From Oikopleura dioica (taxonomy: Eukaryota > Animalia > Chordata), in NCBI GenBank assembly GCA_907165135.1, contig OU015566.1:9486001-9550000 (forward strand): DNA of 64,000 nt, in the 5' to 3' direction. The notes beneath the pieces were generated by a model, which saw nothing but the letters and a program-made list of their open reading frames with translations, had not been told where the DNA came from and did no database searches. Every line of letters starts with the position of its first letter. The first letter of the stretch is position 1. This document shows positions 1-11,189 of the stretch, in pieces. A program made the position numbers and the translations under genes.

Positions 1-92
1 TTTCGCTTGTAAAAGCAAATTATCTTCGACTGTGTCTTCGGCCATTTTGAAGTCGATGGCTTTTCAGTGTCGGCATTGTCTGTCACTTGAAC

Positions 93-308
93 TTAAGGCA
101 CTTCTTTAATCTCCATCGGAGTCCCAGGACGTGTTTCATCAATTTGAAGCGCCAGAAAATGCTCGACCAATTCTTCCTCTTGTTTGTCCAGAACATTTTC
201 TGCAACATCGAAATCTTCAAACTGCTCGATTTCTTCTCGAAAATAATCCTCTTGAAGTAGTCCTGTGTTGATCCATGATCGCTTGAAGATTGCTGGGTTC
301 AAGTGCAT
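93..308 (-). other. Coding-like remnant (acidic C-terminal segment, possibly from a pogo/Tigger-type DDE transposase)
   Basis: ORF ...LNPAIFKRSWINTGLL followed by an acidic tract resembles the 'I..SW...G' end of DDE_1 domains. The frame stays open after an in-frame TAA to the window edge. Family call is weak. Confidence 0.2.
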
Positions 309-734
309 GAAGATTTTGCCATGAAATAATCACCAAGAGTCCAATTTAAAGAACACATTTGGAATCATACTTGGTTCGGGCGAAAGAAACATGCGGTAGA
401 CTGGGACCTTCCCCTATTAACCCTTATGATTCATTTTTGTTCCAAAAATATGGGAAAATTTGTTGTCATCCGACGAAAGGCAAAAAATATCCATTTTAAG
501 GCCACTTTTGAAATTCGCTGTCATCCAAAAAGGGGCCTTAAAATGGGTTTTCACTGTATACTCTTGATGTTACGGCCTTCAACGTATAATTTACGGAAGC
601 TCATTCAACGTGTTAGATTTTCTCCTCTCAGCAATTTTCAATTTCAAAAGATCAAAGCCTAACCAAAATCGAAAATGACTCAAGCTGCATTAGAACGTGA
701 TAGCAAACATACAGTTAGACAGCCACAAATAACT

Positions 735-1353
735 CATTATAAGGGCGCAGATTGCCAGCACGGTCATGTTTCTACTCATACGATTTCATCAGACAAGCTC
801 GAGCAGATTGAGAAGTACCTCATTTCTCTCCCGCAAAACTTGGTCGCTGAAGAAATTAGCGAAGCCATCCAAAAGTTTCAAGTTCCTATTGGCGACTTTT
901 CGCTTGCCAGTCAATTGGACAACATCGCGAAGTACTTTGACGATCCAAAGAGCCTTTTGGAGCTTGTTCAAGAGTTAGAAAGCTCTAGTGGCGAGTGGGA
1001 ACAGAAAATCGCCAAGAAACTAAGATCCATGAGCCCAACAAGTCTTGCGATAACGTTCCAGCAAATTCAAGATGGAAAGAATATGAGTTTTTATGACGTT
1101 TTCGCGATGGAGTACAGACTCGGTAAGTTAAATCCCCCAATTAATATTAATTGAAAATTCGCTAAATTCAGCTTACCAATGTCTCCGCCATGAGTTCCCA
1201 GAAGGAGTACGAGCCCTACTCGTTGACCGAGATAATAACCCTAAATGGAATCCTGCCACAATTGAAGAAATCCCTGACTCGTTAATGCAGACCTTTTTCG
1301 AAGAAAAACCCAATGCATGGCACCCAACTAAGCCCTGGCAATCGAACCAATAA
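735..1353 (+). CDS. HIBCH: 3-hydroxyisobutyryl-CoA hydrolase, 3' half only (5' exons not in window or lost)
   Basis: KGADCQHGHVSTH..SDKLEQIE, MSPTSLAITFQQIQDGKNMSFYDVFAMEYRL, then a GT-AG intron (~1123-1171), then EFPEGVRALLVDRDNNPKWNPATIEEI, stop TAA 1351-1353. Typical HIBCH C-terminal motifs. Confidence 0.85.
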
Positions 1354-1647
1354 TTATTTATACATCGTGTGTTTTAATTCATATATGCCAATAAAGAAAC
1401 TATTCGATTAACATTGAAACAAGCGTATTTATTAAATTTGATTATGTACAGATATGATTTGAAATTATTCATCTTTCGTCAGGGTCGTAAAAGTCGAGTT
1501 TCCTGGAAAAAATAACGATGTTGTGAAGAATTTGACAAATCAAAATATTCATTTATTGGCTCCAATTTTGGAGTAATCTCTTAGCAGGTTATATGCGTGA
1601 TTCTACGAAGCGATAAATAAAGAAAGTGCTTTCAGTTCCATTTTTGT

Positions 1648-2981
1648 TTACATACGGCTTCCACCGCCGCCCATTCCCTTCATCATTTCCATCGGAATTG
1701 GGAAAACGATTGTAGAATTCTTCTCAGCTGAGATTGTGGTCAAAGTCTGGAGATATCTAAACGAGGTTGCATCCATAAGTCAAGTAATAGAATTTACCGG
1801 AGCTGGAGTGCAGCGGGAGAGCTATTGATGACATCAGCGGCCTCTTTCAAGCTCTTTGAGGCATTCATTTCTCCCTCAGCAGCAATAATCTAATAAGTTC
1901 ATTATAGACACGAATCGTCCTTTAAAAGTTCACGAACTTATTTTCGTGTCCGAGCAAATAAGATACTTGAAAACACGCGCAAATAATTCAATCGGAATGC
2001 GTCATTATATTTACCTTAGCTTTGGCATCTCGGGCGGCTTCGGCTTCAGCAGCCATGGCTCTCTGGAGGGATTGCGGCAGAATAACATCCTTGACTTCAA
2101 CTCGTTCGACAGTGATTCCCCATGGGTCAGTGGCATCATCGAGGATCTGCAGCATTTCATTTGAAATGGCTTCTCGGTCAGAGAGAACTTCCGAGAGGTT
2201 TCTTGTTCCCAGGATGTTTCGCAGAGTTGTCTGAAGAATGAAGAACTGATTCTTATACTAAAATCACCTGAGCGAGGAGTCGTGTGGAGATTGACGCGTT
2301 TTCAACGTTCTTAACCGAGGCAATAGCATTTCCAATTCTGTAGTAGACGACGGCGTCAACTCGGATTGTGACGGAATCCTTTGTGAGGATCTCTTGAGGT
2401 GGAATGTCAAAAGAGATCGTTCGCATATCGACCTAGTCATTAGAATTGAATTAGCATTAAATCAATTCTACCTTGATAAAGCTGTCAGTGCACGGGACGA
2501 TAAAGAATAAACCAGGTCCGACAGCTTTGTTGCCGCTGATTCGCCCGACACGGAAGATCACAGCTCTCTCATACTCGGCAATAATCTTGACGGCCGAAAA
2601 TATCGTGATTGGGAAGAGGAGAATAGTCAAAATCGTGAAAAGAGAACAAGGCAGCTGGAGCAGCAGCCTAGTCCCTCGTCAACTTCATTATCATCGTGAT
2701 TTGCAGTCCTAAAATTATGTGAAGTCTTATTCCGAAACTCAACAAGAACTTTTCAGGCCGGTGCATCAGCTAAAGTTTGTGTTTATCGTTTTAATCAAGA
2801 ATTGTTGACCAAGCAAAAATTATCAACATTGGAATCAACTTTTCATAAAGTTTTCTTACACTTTAGTCATTTTATAATCTTCTTTGATTCCGATTATCTA
2901 AGCTAAAGGTAAAGTACCGCGTTGAAAGTTAAAAAAATTAAAGTTTGCTTACATTTCGATGCTCTCGACTTGATTTTTCAT
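1648..2981 (-). CDS. STOM: Stomatin / band-7 (SPFH) protein, multi-exon, apparent 1-nt deletion in exon 2
   Basis: ATG 2981 (exon 1 2953-2981). [88 protein letters not shown], stop at 1648. Confidence 0.92.
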
Positions 2982-3663
2982 TCAAATGCCCCCGTGGCGA
3001 GCGCCTGTCCTAACTAAACAATGGGCGCTGGCCTGGGGCAAGTGAGCAATGGAAAAATATTCATTTCTTGGAGCTCATGGCAACGTCGGTGAATGGGAGG
3101 AAGTTTATTCTGCACAATTGACAATCGTGAATTGACAATTCAAAATTCTGCATCAGGACAATGGTTAATTGATCGCTCGACAAGTTTATGGGAATCCAGC
3201 AAGGGCAAGCATTCGATACTTCCATTTTTAGCATGGGTTATTAGAATTTGCACAATTGATAGTAATTAGTGCGGAAGACTTTCACTCCACAATCGCTTAA
3301 AAATTAACATGATTTCAATTGAGCGGTAAAAAACTGTCCGAATCGGTTTACTCTATATTTTTAGTCATGAATAAATAAGTCGTGGTTAACTGATTACTGA
3401 AACGCGAAAGTCCCTTCAATCTGTCAAGTTCCACGAAGCCCAAATTTTGACAAAACTTCACTTGCCATTTGACGTTGCCAAAATGTTTTTAGATTACCCT
3501 AGATACAGTAAGGCTTTCATGATAAGTTTTTCAATTCAAAAGTTCTGAAAACAAACCAATTCAAATGGTTCTGTTCCACCTGCAGACCAATCTGTTACGC
3601 TCTAGTTCCCCTCCGTATCTTCCTTATCGACCGTAAATCTTATTCAAGCTGAACGCTGCCCAA

Positions 3664-3670
3664 TATAAAA
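3664..3670 (+). promoter_or_regulatory. TATA box of the LLPLLL-repeat gene
   Basis: TATAAAA starting 44 nt upstream of ATG 3708. Confidence 0.6.
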
Positions 3671-3707
3671 AGGGGGCTCTTCCTCCGTTTCTCATCAAAC
3701 TCTGAAA

Positions 3708-4805
3708 ATGAGAATCTTATCACTTTTCTTCACCTTCTCCTTTGCATTCGACGATGTTCTGCTTTTGAGCCTGCTTTCCCGTTCTGGCTCTGACTCGCAA
3801 AACAACCAGATGAACTCGATTTTGCCTCTACTTCTTCTTGATGACACCAGCTCTGACAATTCGGATTTGATGCTGATGATGCTCATGAATGGTGGAACTC
3901 AGAGCATGGACCAACTCCTCCCACTTCTTCTTCTTGGTGATGACGATGATTCCTCTACTGACATGATGACGCTATTCATGCTCCTCAGCAATATTCAGGG
4001 CAACTGTGAGGTAGACACAGCTTCTTCCCTCAACAATCTTCTTCCTTTCCTTCTTCTTACAAACTCAACCGATTCTTCTGACTCGCTAATGACAATGCTC
4101 ATGTTTTCGATGATGGGTGCTGACAGCTCTGCAATCAATCCCTTCGTGATGCTTTCTTTCGTCAACAACGACGACAGTTCTACCTTCGAGTCCGATAGTC
4201 TCATTCAAATGGTTCTTCTTAGCTCTTTATCCGGAGGCTTTAGCACCCAAGAAGGATTCGACAACTCATTCAACCTTCTTCTCCCTCTTCTCCTCGCTAA
4301 TGAGACCACCACATCTGGATCATCTCTCTTGGTTCTCATGATGGCCATGCAAGGCAATGCGCCAAACAGCGGATTTGGAAACAACATGCTCTTACCTCTC
4401 CTTCTTGCTGACTCCACATCATCGAACGAGAATCTTCTTTTCTACATGATGATGTTCGGCGGTGATTTCAACTCTGGAACTTGCAATCGAGGTCGAGTCG
4501 AACTCCCGAAAGAAGTTGCCCAGCCAATTGTCGTTCCCCAGCCTGCTCAAATTGTCCAGCCGGCACAAGTAGCACAGCCCGCTCAACAAGTCGCCGCGCA
4601 GCCAGTTCAGCAAACCGTCCAGCAGGTCCGCTACGTTGACACTGTTGTTCAACCAGGTCAGCAAGTGGTTTACAAACAAGCCCCGCCTGCATACGTCCAA
4701 AACTTGAGAGATGTCTACTATTACGACGATTACGAGATGTACGGAATGCCAGCCTACGGATTCCAAAACCCTTACATCCGAGGAGGTCGAGTTTTCTTCG
4801 GATAA
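3708..4805 (+). CDS. Intronless secreted Leu/Met-rich repeat protein (LLPLLL motifs, Q/P/V-rich and Tyr-rich tail)
   Basis: 365-aa ORF. N-terminal signal-like MRILSLFFTFSFA, five LP(L/F)LLL motifs alternating with S/D/T spacers and Met-rich blocks, TATA box upstream, AATAAA at ~4921-4926. Confidence 0.85.
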   Translation: MRILSLFFTFSFAFDDVLLLSLLSRSGSDSQNNQMNSILPLLLLDDTSSDNSDLMLMMLMNGGTQSMDQLLPLLLLGDDDDSSTDMMTLFMLLSNIQGNCEVDTASSLNNLLPFLLLTNSTDSSDSLMTMLMFSMMGADSSAINPFVMLSFVNNDDSSTFESDSLIQMVLLSSLSGGFSTQEGFDNSFNLLLPLLLANETTTSGSSLLVLMMAMQGNAPNSGFGNNMLLPLLLADSTSSNENLLFYMMMFGGDFNSGTCNRGRVELPKEVAQPIVVPQPAQIVQPAQVAQPAQQVAAQPVQQTVQQVRYVDTVVQPGQQVVYKQAPPAYVQNLRDVYYYDDYEMYGMPAYGFQNPYIRGGRVFFG

Positions 4806-5094
4806 AATCAAGCGCGAATACTTTTCATCCCACTTCTTTCTTTTCATTCTATATTTATTACTTCGAATTCATTTTCAACCTGTTTCCCGAAAATTTATGC
4901 ATTAGTCTTACAAAAATTGAAATAAATTATTTGAATAAAAAATCTTGAAAGAGTGCAAATATTGAACCAATTATCCACTTTTTGGACAGGAAGGCACAAT
5001 GGGCCAAACAAAAACGTCACTTCTGACTACTGTTACTTAGGATACGAGAATAATTTATGTGTTGATTCCAATTTTTCGCCGAATTTATCGAAAA

Positions 5095-6385
5095 ATGGCA
5101 TCTCAAACAGAACTCGAGAAAGAAATTGAAGATGAAATGAAAAACATGTAAGAGGCTATTCGTAGGATCTCATTTATTTATTCATTCAAGTCGAATAATG
5201 GAAGCTTCAACAAAGCAGATGCAGGGCAATTTGAAAAAACTGGAGAAAGAGAAACAAAAAATTCAAAAGGAAGAAGATGACTTAGGTCATTATTGGTTCT
5301 AAAAATTTCTATTATCGTGAGAATTTGCCTGAAACCATGAATAACGCAAGACAGTATGAAACTCTTCGAAAGAAAAATGACCAACTTGAGGCGAAACTAG
5401 CACGTGAACAGGTTAGATTTTTGCTTTATTTAGTTGTTTCTCATGAAATCCGGCTGAAGACTATCCAATGTAAGATCGCTTCGTTTAACCCAGCCAAGGG
5501 GGTTCATTCTAAAACGCGTTGAGTTGTTTCAACTGCGTAAAAATTCGAGCTTGTAGCTTACGGTCTGTCTCCTCTCTTCACCCAGCCTAGGGGGTTTATT
5601 CTAAAGCCACTAATTTTTCTTTATTTCGATTGACACTTACGGTCGGTTTCTTGGCGATCGAGTGATCACATCAGGGCCATTGATACCTTGTACTTTACTA
5701 GGGGAAAGCAAGTATCTTGGAAGCATCATGTCCATGATTAGGAACTGGGCAAAAAGATTAAAGTTCATTTCGTATCAATGGCTCCGGTTTGAATGCTGCC
5801 GCGGTATTTATGCGTCGAAAATCAATTATTCAAACCTAAATTGAGGACATGAGCATAAAATAACATCTGTATTTATGAGCTAAATGGCACATTAAAACAT
5901 TAATTTATAGAAGTCGGCTAAATCGTCATCAAGCCAAAGCAAAGACCTTACTGTTGTACCGGCCAAGACTAAATGGCTTCCGTCATTAGACTTCACAGAT
6001 GAAGAACTTGCAAATATGACAGATAAAGAAATCAACAGTCTGGTAATCAAGCTGGAGCGGGAGCAAAAGATTGCAGGTAGACTTGTCAAACCCTAAATAA
6101 AAAAAATAAAAAAAAATGGAAAGATGGCAATTTGAAAAACTCTGAATGGAAACTTGATCAAGAAGCAAAACAATACTTTGAAGCGAAAAATAAAGTAGAA
6201 GCTGCCAAAGTAATTGGAGTCAAAGCAAATCAAGATTTTAAGCGACATCAGCAACTGTAAGTCGACGAGTTTTACCCAAATGATAAATTTCGCTAAGAAC
6301 GCCTGTGGAAAGCTCTACTGGAAGAAGTACCGATAGTCGAGCTTCGATGCATTCGAAAACTTCAAAATCAAGAAACGGTTTTTAA
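5095..6385 (+). CDS. Uncharacterised coiled-coil protein, ~6 exons
   Basis: Chainable exons MASQTELEKEIEDEMKN / MEASTKQMQGNLKKLEKEKQKIQKEE / ETLRKKNDQLEAKLAREQ / LDFTDEELANMTDKEINSLVIKLEREQ / ..., mostly GT-AG; one junction needs a non-canonical donor. Confidence 0.5.
5488..5605. repeat. 26-bp direct repeat pair in an intron
   Basis: acccagcc(a/t)agggggtt(c/t)attctaaa at 5488-5513 and 5580-5605, 24/26 identical. Confidence 0.8.
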
Positions 6386-6956
6386 GATATTTTATATTTG
6401 TGTGCAGATTTTGAGTTTTCAATAAAATCTTTTACTGTTTCTTCATCCATCGTTGAATACTTTTCCAGACCAAGTCGGGATTAGCATGGAACATGTTATG
6501 CCCGTAGTCAGAAAAGTGTTCGATTTCGACATCGCCAGAGATATATTTTCTTTCATTTTCCGGAAGTTCTTTGATAAGTGCAATGTCTTTGTCGCCCCAG
6601 AGAATCAGCACATTATGCGGAATCTTAACATATTTATGGCCGGACTTGAAGTTGAGTTTAAAGATCGCTTGACCTGAATTTTATCTAAGACAGCACATTG
6701 TCGTAAAAATTTAAAACTCTTTGGCTTGTGTTTGACTGCATGTTTGAGTGCGACTCGGCCGAGAGCACGATACCAGTTTATTGGCTCCGTAAATGGACTC
6801 GGTCTTGTTCGAGCTCCCATTCCCGTCATCACATCTTCGACATCCTCCCTATGCGTTCCCATTCGTCTGAGAATAAATTTGTGCAAAGCATAATCATTAA
6901 TTTTCCACACTAGTTCTGGAATTATTGGGAGTTAGAAGAAGTAAACATAATAGCTG

Positions 6957-7643
6957 AGATGATTTCAAAAAATATTTCGCGGGCCCGGAAATCGTCGAAA
7001 AACTTCTTGTCTAGTTTTGTAGAGCTCGTCGAGACGAGTCGAATGATATATCAAACTCCTGATAGTTTTAAGATTTTCCGTCAAAAAAAGTGATAAGAAG
7101 GTGTCTTATCAAAAATTTTCTGACCAGCGCCGTTTTTGTTCTAGAAAAGCTGAGGTCATGCTTGACCCCGAAAAATGATCCTCATGATCTGTTCTATTAC
7201 AGCAAAAAATTTCAGCTCGTCCTTACATATCCTGCTGTGCTTATCAGCGAAAAATCAAAAAATTAGTGCATTTTGTTGTCGCTGCACGTTCCTAATTTCT
7301 GGCCCATTTCTAGTCCCATTTCCTTTGAAAATGAAATTTAGCGATAAAATCGGCTGTGTAAATGATGGGTGGTATGCGGTCAGGCTGAAATTTTTTGCTG
7401 TAATAGAACAGATCATGAGGATCATTTTCCGGGGTTAAGCATGACCTCAGCTTTTCTAGAACAAAAACGGTGCTGGTCAGAAAATTTTTGATAAGACACC
7501 TTCTTATCACTTTTTTTGACGGAAAATCTTAAAACTATCAGGAGTTTGATATATCATTCGACTCGTCTCGACGAGCTCTACAAAACTTGACAAGAAGTTT
7601 TTCGACGATTTCCGGTCCCGCGAAATATTTTTTGAAATCATCT
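6957..7643. mobile_element. Foldback / long-TIR MITE-like element in an intron of hydrolase copy A
   Basis: 260-bp inverted arms at 6957-7216 and 7384-7643 with about 5 mismatches and a 167-bp spacer. Absent from the equivalent intron of copy B. No clear TSD. Confidence 0.85.
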
Positions 7644-8006
7644 GAAGAGTTATTGATCGAATGTTTTCTAAAATGCGCTCACCTAGCAAATGTTTGTTTC
7701 CTATTGCTCAATGCTGTCTCAATGTATGCAGGAAGTGAGACTGAATTGAATGCAATTATCCGCTCAACCAAATCCGGACGAGTTCGCGCCAAATGGAAGC
7801 CTACAAGTGATCCCCAGTCATGAATAACGAGTGTGACCTTCAATGGCATTATCGTTTTTAATTATTTAGGTTTTAACCTTTCTTCCTGAATTGATATTTT
7901 CAATAAATGAAGCAACGTCATCTCGAAGACAATCAAGCGCAAAATCATCGACCTCATCAGTTTTATCCGATCTCGTCTGTCCGTAGCCTCTCTGTGCTGG
8001 CGCAAA

Positions 8007-8561
8007 CGTGGTATGGGGTGATTCTTCGGCAAGGCCGAAGAATTGATGCTTTCACTAACACTGATTCTTCGGCTAATTGAGAATTGCCTTGAACCGAAGG
8101 ATTAATGATAAACTTGACAGTGATTCTTCGGCAAATTTTCTAGAATCCATTATCAAAATTCTTTTGATAAATCTTTGATTGTAAAAAATGAGTCATAACT
8201 TAAGAAAAAAGACATTTTCTAGAGAAAAACTTATTTTAGCAATAAGTATTTTCTATAATTTGAGGCTAGTGTTAGGGGGCACTGGGCAAAGTGACAGAAC
8301 AAACTCACCCGAGGGGGATAGGCTAGGGTTAGTTAGGGTTACTGAAGGTAACCCTAAGTAACCCTAGACTAGACCCCGGCATTTTAGGACCTAAGGGGCG
8401 GAGCCCCGTGGTAAAGGGCAGAGGAATCTGTGAATAAACTCACCTTAGCCGAAGAATCAGTGCATCTTCTATCACTTATTCTTCGGTTTTTGCCGAAGAA
8501 TCAGTGTTCTTACACGCATCAATCCTTCGGCCTCCAAGCCGAAGAATTAGGCCGTATCACC
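8007..8561. mobile_element. Non-autonomous TIR element with 8-bp TSD (hAT-like) inserted in coding sequence
   Basis: TSD ggcgcaaa at 7999-8006 and 8562-8569; imperfect 24-bp TIR (18/24); about ten subterminal gccgaagaat/attcttcggc-like motifs in both orientations. Confidence 0.85.
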
Positions 8562-9104
8562 GGCGCAAAAGTTTGGAATCCTTCTCCCTGAAATTTGAGC
8601 ATCAGTGGGATCCAACTTGTGGGTGAATCTGGGAAACCATGGAGGAAAACAGCGATCTTTTCCGTCTCTTTCGTGGAGCTTAGGTAATCCATCGTGAGAC
8701 CTGTTTCTGTTTCAAGAAATCGCTGGGTGAGAGATTTTGGAAGTGGCTTTGGTTTTGTCGGGAAATCTTGTGACTTTACCCACAGTGCTGATTTGAAAGC
8801 AAGATAAAGGGAGAGAGGGATTCCCATTTAACCTCCAAGAATGATGTTCATGGTCCATCTTGCGAAAAAGAGGAGGATACTAAACATAAAATTCATACTT
8901 TTCGTTGCAGTCTCTATTATCTTCCTAGCTTAAATAACTTACTCTTGTATCATTAAAAGTTTTTAAATAAAATCTATTCCATTCAATTTGACCTCGATTT
9001 TGCTGTATATTTTAGCATGATTTCGTCTCGTTTAAGAGATGTCTTGTGTAAATATGCTCAAGTTACATATTTTTATTCATTCGTTTCGCAGATTTAAAGA
9101 TATT

Positions 9105-10471
9105 TTATTGTTTCTTCAGCCATCGTTGAATACTCTTCCATACTATTTCGTGGTTAGCATGGAACATGTTATGACCATAGTCAGGAAAGTGCTCAATCTC
9201 GACGTCACCAGAAATATACTGTCTTTCGTTTTCAGGCAACTCCTTTATAAGCGCTTCGTCTTTGTCGCCCCAAAGAATCAGCACATTATGCGGAATCTTA
9301 ACATACTTATGGCCGGACTTTAATGAGTTTAAAATACATTCAACGTCTTTTATGCAAAATCTTTCTAAACGACGTCAAATTTTAGAACTCTTTGCCTTAT
9401 GTTTGACTGCATTTTTGAGTGCAGATCGGCCAAGAGAGCGATACCAGTTCATTGGCTCAGTAAACGGATTCGTTTTTGTTCGAAGACCCATCCCAGAAAT
9501 CACATCTTCGACATCCTCGATTTTAGTCCCTAAAATCTTAATAGCGAACAGGGATTTTCTTTATGTACCCATTTGACAGCAAATCGCTTTGAGAAGAGCA
9601 AAATCATTCATTTTCCACATCAACTCGGGAAATATAGGGAATTGAAAGACGTAAATGTAAAAGCTAAAACAGTGTTAAACCCATATTTTTTTTATATCAG
9701 GTCACCTGGCAAGAGTTTGTCTAACATTGGTCAATGCTGTTTCATTGTATGCAGGAAGTGAGACTGAATTTATTCCAATGACTCGTTCAACAAGTTCTGG
9801 CCGAGTTCTCGCCAAATGGAAGCCAACGACTGATCCCCAGTCATGAATAACTAGCGTGACCTTAGGATAATAAAATCATAGAATATTGAATTATTTAGAT
9901 CTAAACCTTTTTTCCTGAGTTAATGTTTTCAATAAATGATGCAGCATCATCCCGAAGGCAGTCGAGTGCATAGTCCTCGATCTCATCCGTTTTATTCGAT
10001 CTTGTCTGACCATATCCTCTCTGCGTTGGCGCAAAAGTCTGGAATCCTTCATTCTGGAATTTTAGCATAAGTGGAATCCAGCTTGTTGGTGAATCAGGGA
10101 ACCCGTGCAAGAAGACGGCGATTTTGTCAGTTTCTTTCGTTGAACTGAGATATTCCATCGTAAGACCTGTTTCTGTTTCAAGGAATCGTCGGGCGATTGA
10201 TTTCGGAAGTGGCTTTGGTTTTGTCGGAAAATCTTGTGACTTAGCCCAAATCGCTGCCCTTATTGCCTCAAATAGGAAAATAGGCATCCCCATAAAACCG
10301 CCAAGAATGATATTCACCGTCCATCGCGCAAAAAAGAGCAGGATTCTTAAATTCAAAGTAAGTTTTCTTCTTCTTTTCTAATTACATACTCTTGCATTTT
10401 CGAAAATTTTGAAATCAATTTTTCTCCATGAAGATTTGTGACCTCGATTTCAATGAAAAATATTTGCGCAC
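9105..10471 (-). CDS. Epoxide hydrolase-like alpha/beta hydrolase (EPHX3/4-type), copy B
   Basis: LHGFPDSPTSW, FAPTQRGYGQT, IHDWGSVVGFHLA (nucleophile Asp), LWGDKD, YGHNMFH, stop 9105. Start uncertain: GTG at 10471 where copy A has ATG; first in-frame ATG is in F-M-G-M-P. Confidence 0.8.
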
Positions 10472-11189
10472 GATTTTATCTATTGTGTAAATATGGTCTA
10501 GTTACATAATTTTACGATCCTTGAGTTCAAGGCCAATTTTATTGAATGGCAAGAATGAATGGTTATTTGAGGATGTTACTGTAAATGGGCTCAGCCAGCG
10601 ACTATGAAAACAGTTTATCCGCACATGACCACAAAAAATAACAAAAACTCAAAATTAAATGTTTATTAAGGAAAGGGAGGCAAAAAGTGTCAACTATATA
10701 AATGTTAAATGTTATCTTTCTCGATACCAAGTCTAAGTATTGGTCCTCAAGGAGGCAAGTAAAAAATGAAAGTTGCATTGAAGGTCAATGTATTCTGTTT
10801 CTTTTTGATAATCTCTGGAAATGCTTATATTCCGAGAAGAATGCTTGAGGAAAGATTAAGGCAGCATCAGGTTCGAAATAAACATTTTATAATAATGACC
10901 TTTTACTAGAGAGATGCAAATTATCCCGTCATGGTGAATGTGGGAAAGATGAAAAACTTGATGAAGCAGTACCGTTACTTATCAAATAACAAAATTGTTA
11001 AAGTGAACAATATTGAAGAAAATGAATCTGCTTCTCCTCTTGACTTCGCCATGGGATGATCCTTCTGAAGCTTTTTAATAAAAAAACTGTTCGTAAATTA
11101 TTGTTATTATTATAATTTTAAATTATAAATTTTATAAACATTGATGACTATGTTTCTCTTTCTCGAGGTGATAGCTGCACTGTGCTATC

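Larger units (their letters stand above)
6432..9018 (-). pseudogene. Epoxide hydrolase-like alpha/beta hydrolase (EPHX3/4-type), copy A, probably disrupted
   Basis: Motifs LHGFPDSPTSW, AQRGYG, IHDWG, LWGDKD, GHNM. In-frame TAA at 8828-8830 where copy B has Phe. A 555-bp insertion at 8007-8561 lies in a region that is continuous exon in copy B. Confidence 0.75.

Noticed and set aside
7175-7689. ORFs of 60-87 aa within the foldback element
   Set aside because: Chance ORFs from repeat arms; no transposase motifs.
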